Positions 61,634 through 64,000 of a DNA stretch of 64,000 nt are shown in pieces (within the stretch, counting starts at the first letter, position 1; every line of letters begins with the position of its first letter). The stretch is from Terriglobia bacterium (lineage in GTDB: Bacteria; Acidobacteriota; Terriglobia; 20CM-2-55-15), in NCBI GenBank assembly GCA_965218585.1, contig CBDCLE010000019.1, forward strand, positions 133,603 to 197,602, in the 5' to 3' direction. The position numbers and the translations under genes are program-made. The notes beneath the pieces are model-generated. The model was not told where the DNA came from and did no database searches. It was given only the letters and a program-made list of their open reading frames with translations.

Positions 61634-63240
61634 CTACCTTCTCAGAGTGAGGTATTCGTTCGTCGCTGGGTCCAGTGCAGCGGCTGTGACTATCGCGCCG
61701 CCACCACGTGTAATGTTGTAACCCATCTCAGTAAAGTCTCTTACATCTGCTTCGGGAAAACTATCTTCCAGGCGTAGATCCAGGCTGCCCGTAGTGTTCA
61801 TTCTGGGTGCCGCGACAGAATCTTCAAACGACTTACGACTCAACAGGCCCGCCACGACGTCAAAACAGGCGTTGGGAATACGCCGCCCACCCCGTGCACC
61901 CAGCGCCACCCAGGGATTGCCGTCTCTTACCATGACAGTGGGGCACATGTTGTGCAGAGGCAGTTTGCCAGGCCCGGGTGAATTCGGATGTCCCGGGCTC
62001 GGGTCGAAGCGGGATACACCATGCCCCAGGATCAAGCCCAGCCCGGGGACAGTGACTTTGGAGCCAAACCGAGCGCCGTGGGTCAGGGTCAGGGCGGCGA
62101 AATTGCCATCTTTATCGGCGGCGCTGAGATGGATCGTGCCGGTCTGATCCGGCACATAGGTCGAGACGTCTACAGGTTTCTTGTCGGCGACTGCCTTGGC
62201 AACAAGTGCCGCCTTCTCCTCGGCATAAGATTCCGAAAGCAGTCGATCAAGGGGTATGTCGCTATGCTCCGGGTCACCCAGATGTCTCAGCCTGTCATCC
62301 CAGGCAATTCTCAGAGCTTCGAGCCGGGCATGGGCTGAATTCAGCCCTCTGCCACTGGGGTCGAGGGCTCTAAGAATAGACAAGGTTTCCATCATGGTTG
62401 CACCGCCAGCTGTCAAAGGTGCTGTATGGATGGTCTCTCCTAACCATTCCATGCTGAGGGGTCTTACTTCCTGAGCATGATAGGCCGCCATATCGTCTGC
62501 TGTAACCAAGCCTCCATTGCTCTCGAAGGCATCTGCAATGTGCCGGCCGATACTGCCCCGATAGAAACCCTCGACTGAATTATCATCTGCAAGAGTCTGC
62601 AATAGGTCGGCAAGGTCCGGGTTGCGATAGGTCGAATTGACCGCAGGGGGCTGGCCGTCAACGAGTAATAATCTGGCGGATCCAGGATACTGACGGAGCG
62701 CATCCGCGGAGAGTGTAATGCCTCCAACAGTCGCCTCATTGAGGGTGAAACCTTTCCTGGCGAGATCAATGGATGGTCTGACAACATCGCGGAAAGACAT
62801 CGTGCCATATCGATCCAGGGCTAATTGCATCCCGCCCAGGGTTCCCGGTACTCCTGCCGACAACCAACCTGTCATGTGGGCATCCAGGTCGTTCACGAAC
62901 ATATCGTGGCGTGCCCCAGCAGGCGCTGTGGAGTTGAAATCGATAGAGGTGACAGGTCGGCCGCGCATCGCGATAGTCATGTGACCGCCATAGCCACCGA
63001 TGCCGCAGGCGGTGATCTCGGTAACGCCGGAACTGAGCGCCGCGGCTACTATCCCGTCGACTGCGTTACCCCCCCGTTGGCGATCGTAGCTTGACCGATA
63101 TCTGCGGTCACCGAACCGATGACGGCTCCCTCTCGTGCCCGCACTGTTTGTTGGTATCCGAAAGTGGAGAGCAACACGCCCGCAGCAGCCGTTTTCGACA
63201 TGAGCACGAGCATTTCACGGCGCCTGATCTTGGTCGTCAT
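61634..63240 (-). CDS. ggt: Gamma-glutamyltransferase-family protein with Tat-like leader; frameshift in the C7 run at 63069-63075
   Basis: GGNAVD across the shift, CGIGGYGG, GVPGTLGG, FYRG, TIHLSAAD nucleophile Thr, GARGGRRI. Confidence 0.85.
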
Positions 63241-63603
63241 AAGACTGACTCCTACTAGTGTCTTCGGGACAGAATTGTTTGGGAAGCATAGCAGAAGTTG
63301 GAATTGTCAGGCTTTCTATTGGAGGGCCCGACCGTCGCTCGCGCCCGCCTCCACCGAGTCCGGGAAGGGGCATTCGGTGACCGATTCCCAACTACTGATA
63401 ACGAGACCTTTCGTCGGGATTCGAGAGAGAGTTTGATTGCGTCTAACTTCCTTCCCTAGTATTATTTGCCGAGTTTGCTGGCGTTCGTTTCGACAAATAC
63501 TGTTAAAGATGGAATCCGGCACCACATCAGGCCTGCTTCCTTGTTTTGGGACTCGCCACTGCTCGATAGAAACCAGGATAAAACCCGACAAGGAGAGATA
63601 GAA

Positions 63604-64000
63604 ATGTCCGATATCAGCGATCTGGAGATCCGCGGAAACCTCAGGGAGTCTTACTCCGACGTCTATACGCCGGCAGCAATAGACGCCCTGTCGGCGCTGG
63701 CTGACGTGAACAGGCCGCGTATGGAAGCTATGGCCGCACGAATCGAGCGCCGGGCGAGAAGGGCTCGCGATCACGAGCGAATAGGCTTCCTGGACCCCCA
63801 CTCGATGGTCCCGGGCACTAATCTGACAGTACAGGACGCACGCGACGGAAACTTTGAAGGGTCCGAGATTCCCGGCGACCTCCAGCGACAGTGGATCCAG
63901 GGCACCGGCCCGGCGTCAAAGCCGCGCGCCGCGGTGGAAAGCAGTATTCGCAACGTCGCCCATGCTCTCCTGTCGGGTGCGGACGGATGGATGTTTGACG
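63604..64000 (+). CDS. Malate synthase-family protein, partial (runs off the right edge)
   Basis: AGGAG RBS; manual translation MSDISDLEIRG...IPGDLQRQWIQGTGP...ALLSGADGWMFD. Confidence 0.75.
   Translation, partial: MSDISDLEIRGNLRESYSDVYTPAAIDALSALADVNRPRMEAMAARIERRARRARDHERIGFLDPHSMVPGTNLTVQDARDGNFEGSEIPGDLQRQWIQGTGPASKPRAAVESSIRNVAHALLSGADGWMFD

Noticed and set aside
25361-63240. Frameshifts in uvrA, the DHS-like gene, tyrA, the hydroxy-acid oxidase, the sulfatase and ggt as programmed frameshifting or pseudogenisation
   Set aside because: Single small indels, mostly in or beside short homopolymers, in otherwise intact genes; long-read consensus error is the simplest explanation (check by read polishing)

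Overview
GC-rich bacterial chromosome segment. The gene style suggests Acidobacteriota (inference). Several single-base frameshifts look like long-read consensus errors. From 0.5 to 42 kb it holds mostly housekeeping and signalling genes: a hybrid histidine kinase/Hpt/adenylate cyclase relay, an M16 protease pair, a vapBC islet, folK, rfbC, an fpvJ/K/CDEF-like metal ABC operon, mltG, ruvX, an inactive-looking S41 protease, uvrA, gmhA, tyrA, a cobalamin-riboswitch cobQ + TonB receptor unit, a heavy-metal two-component system and ligC. From 42.3 to 58.3 kb lies a nested mobile-element cluster: IS21, two stacked MITEs, IS3 relics, a Tn21/Tn501-like Tn3 transposon, IS1380 x2, IS256 and IS110 x2. 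The strongest signal is an IS110 (IS1111-type) element inserted at the same CT dinucleotide in both 38-bp inverted repeats of the Tn3 transposon. Its non-coding end holds a predicted bridge RNA whose four guide segments match the transposon IR and the element's own ends.
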